Assembly: GCA_018812345.1 (NCBI GenBank)
Contig: JAHJDR010000077.1
Span: forward strand, 1 to 34,562
DNA: 34,562 bases
From: a bacterium
Lineage (GTDB): Bacteria > UBA10199 > JADGCS01
Direction of reading: 5' to 3'
Shown: piece after piece, positions 33,407-34,562 of the stretch
Layout of the letters: every line of letters starts with the position of its first letter
How positions within the stretch are numbered: position 1 is the first letter of the stretch
Translations under genes and position numbers: made by a program
Notes under the pieces: model-generated
The model's database searches: none
Told to the model about the DNA's origin: nothing
Seen by the model: only the letters and a program-made list of their open reading frames with translations

Positions 33407-34562
33407 TATGCTGACTGTTTTAGCCCACCCCCCCAAACTACCCGTTATCCAAACAACAACGCCTATAAATTCAGCGACACAGCAACCTGGTTGTACTGAT
33501 CTCGTTGTGACAACAACATCTCGAGTGCTTGATTTAGCGCGACCTCAACAAACAACAGCTTTAGTGCGTGCTACGCGTTTTATGGGAGAGCATAAGAAAC
33601 CATTAATTATTGGTGCTACAAGCCTCTCAGCTGCTTTTGCTGCAGGATTTGGGGCTGAAGCATTGATTAACGCAGGTATTTTAACCTCAACAGCAGCTCA
33701 TCTTGCAGGATTAGCTGTAACGGGAGTTGTGGGAGGGGCAACAACAGCACTTCTCTATGGTGGGAAACACATTGCTAGGGCGTATCAGGCAACCCGGGGA
33801 ACAGTGCTTGCAAACAGATTTCTAGAGACACATAAACCAACACAAGAACAAGCTAAGCAATTACAAGAAGCACACCACAATGCCATGCCTTATGTGTGCG
33901 AAAGAATTACTGAACGCATTTTTACCACTGATCCTGAAGATCCCTACAAGTTAGCTGATGAACTTAACAAGCTCACTTTGTTTAATGGATATGGCGTTCA
34001 TGTATTGAAAGAGATTGTAGTTAAAGCGCTGAGTGAGGAAATAGCACGTCCAGATATTGCTCAAAAAGCACTCCTCGCGCTTATTAAAATAGATTCGGAA
34101 GAATCTCGAGATGTCTTGGCGTTTTTGAGGACAGCGGCTGAGTTAGATATTTCTTTAGATCGTGATAAGATGAAATTTGAACTTTTTTTAGGAGCAGTAA
34201 GAGTACATAGAGAATTTACACCTGAGCAAATGGCAACCATCATCCATTGGGGTGGTTTGGGCCATACTTTACAACTTAGGGAAGATGAAATTGTAGCTCT
34301 ATGGCCTCATCTTACAGATCAGGCTAAAGCAAATGTAGAACAAGCGTTATCAGAAGCCTGTGGTAAACTTATCATGGCTAGAAATATGCAAGGCATGGGC
34401 GGTATTAGCAATACAGTCTTAAAAGATAATATAAAAACATATTTATTATTTCTGCAAAAACAATTTGGTCAAGACCTTTTCAGGAGTGTGTCGCACTATA
34501 TTTATGTTAGGGATGCTGCTCAACGAGTTGGGGTTTTGCGTTATGCAGAAGCCTTAAGTGAG
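33407..34562 (+). CDS. Hypothetical membrane-anchored protein, 3' end outside the window
   Basis: The ORF is not in the supplied track because it runs off the window. I verified line by line that the frame is open from ATG 33401/33407 to 34561, giving 385+ codons. AAGGA lies 6 nt before ATG 33407. Residues ~65-118 form a Gly/Ala-rich bilobed hydrophobic block (PLIIGATSLSAAFAAGFGAEALINAGILTSTAAHLAGLAVTGVVGGATTALLYGG). The remainder is helical and soluble-looking with no family I recognise. Confidence 0.6.

Noticed and set aside
1-34562. Alternative genetic code (UGA sense), as seen in some reduced AT-rich genomes
   Set aside because: TGA terminates adk (11401-11403), the HEAT gene (19109-11) and aguB (31192-31194) at positions consistent with full-length proteins. 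All conserved genes are intact under the standard code.

Overview
This is a 34.6 kb window from an AT-rich bacterium, roughly 35-38% GC judged by eye from sampled lines rather than computed. Standard genetic code applies, since TGA is used as a stop in adk, aguB and the HEAT gene. The organism is probably diderm, because a beta-barrel protein ends in ...YRF. I cannot assign a taxon.

Gene content:
- 1-16 kb, + strand: the 3' end of tuf, then a complete S10-spc-alpha ribosomal superoperon running rpsJ to rplQ. It includes secY, adk, map, infA, rpmJ and rpoA, and ends in a clean Rho-independent terminator.
- 16.2-30.2 kb, - strand, convergent with the superoperon: a ten-gene, tightly coupled Pel-type exopolysaccharide locus with non-canonical architecture. 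The order is CheY-like receiver, PelA-hydrolase-like, PelA-deacetylase-like, PelB-like TPR/porin, second CheY-like receiver, PelD-like, PelE-like, 662-aa HEAT-repeat protein, PelF, PelG.
- 30.3-33.3 kb, + strand: aguB, aguA and a NIF3-family gene.
- 33.4 kb to the window end, + strand: an open-ended orphan ORF with a bilobed hydrophobic domain.

The most unusual points:
1. A pervasive family of intergenic hairpins built from tandem 7-nt units. They inflate many ribosomal-gene junctions to about 80-125 nt, and their G-U wobble pairs fall on the sense strand, which suggests RNA-level structure.
2. A dispersed CCCCG-CAAA-CGGGG / ACGCTAG module at three loci.
3. The rewired pel locus: an extra HEAT protein, two receiver domains, a split PelA and no PelC.
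4. Absence of rplX (L24) from its universal slot between rplN and rplE.

All functional calls rest on my reading of the translated ORFs against remembered family hallmarks. No searches were run.
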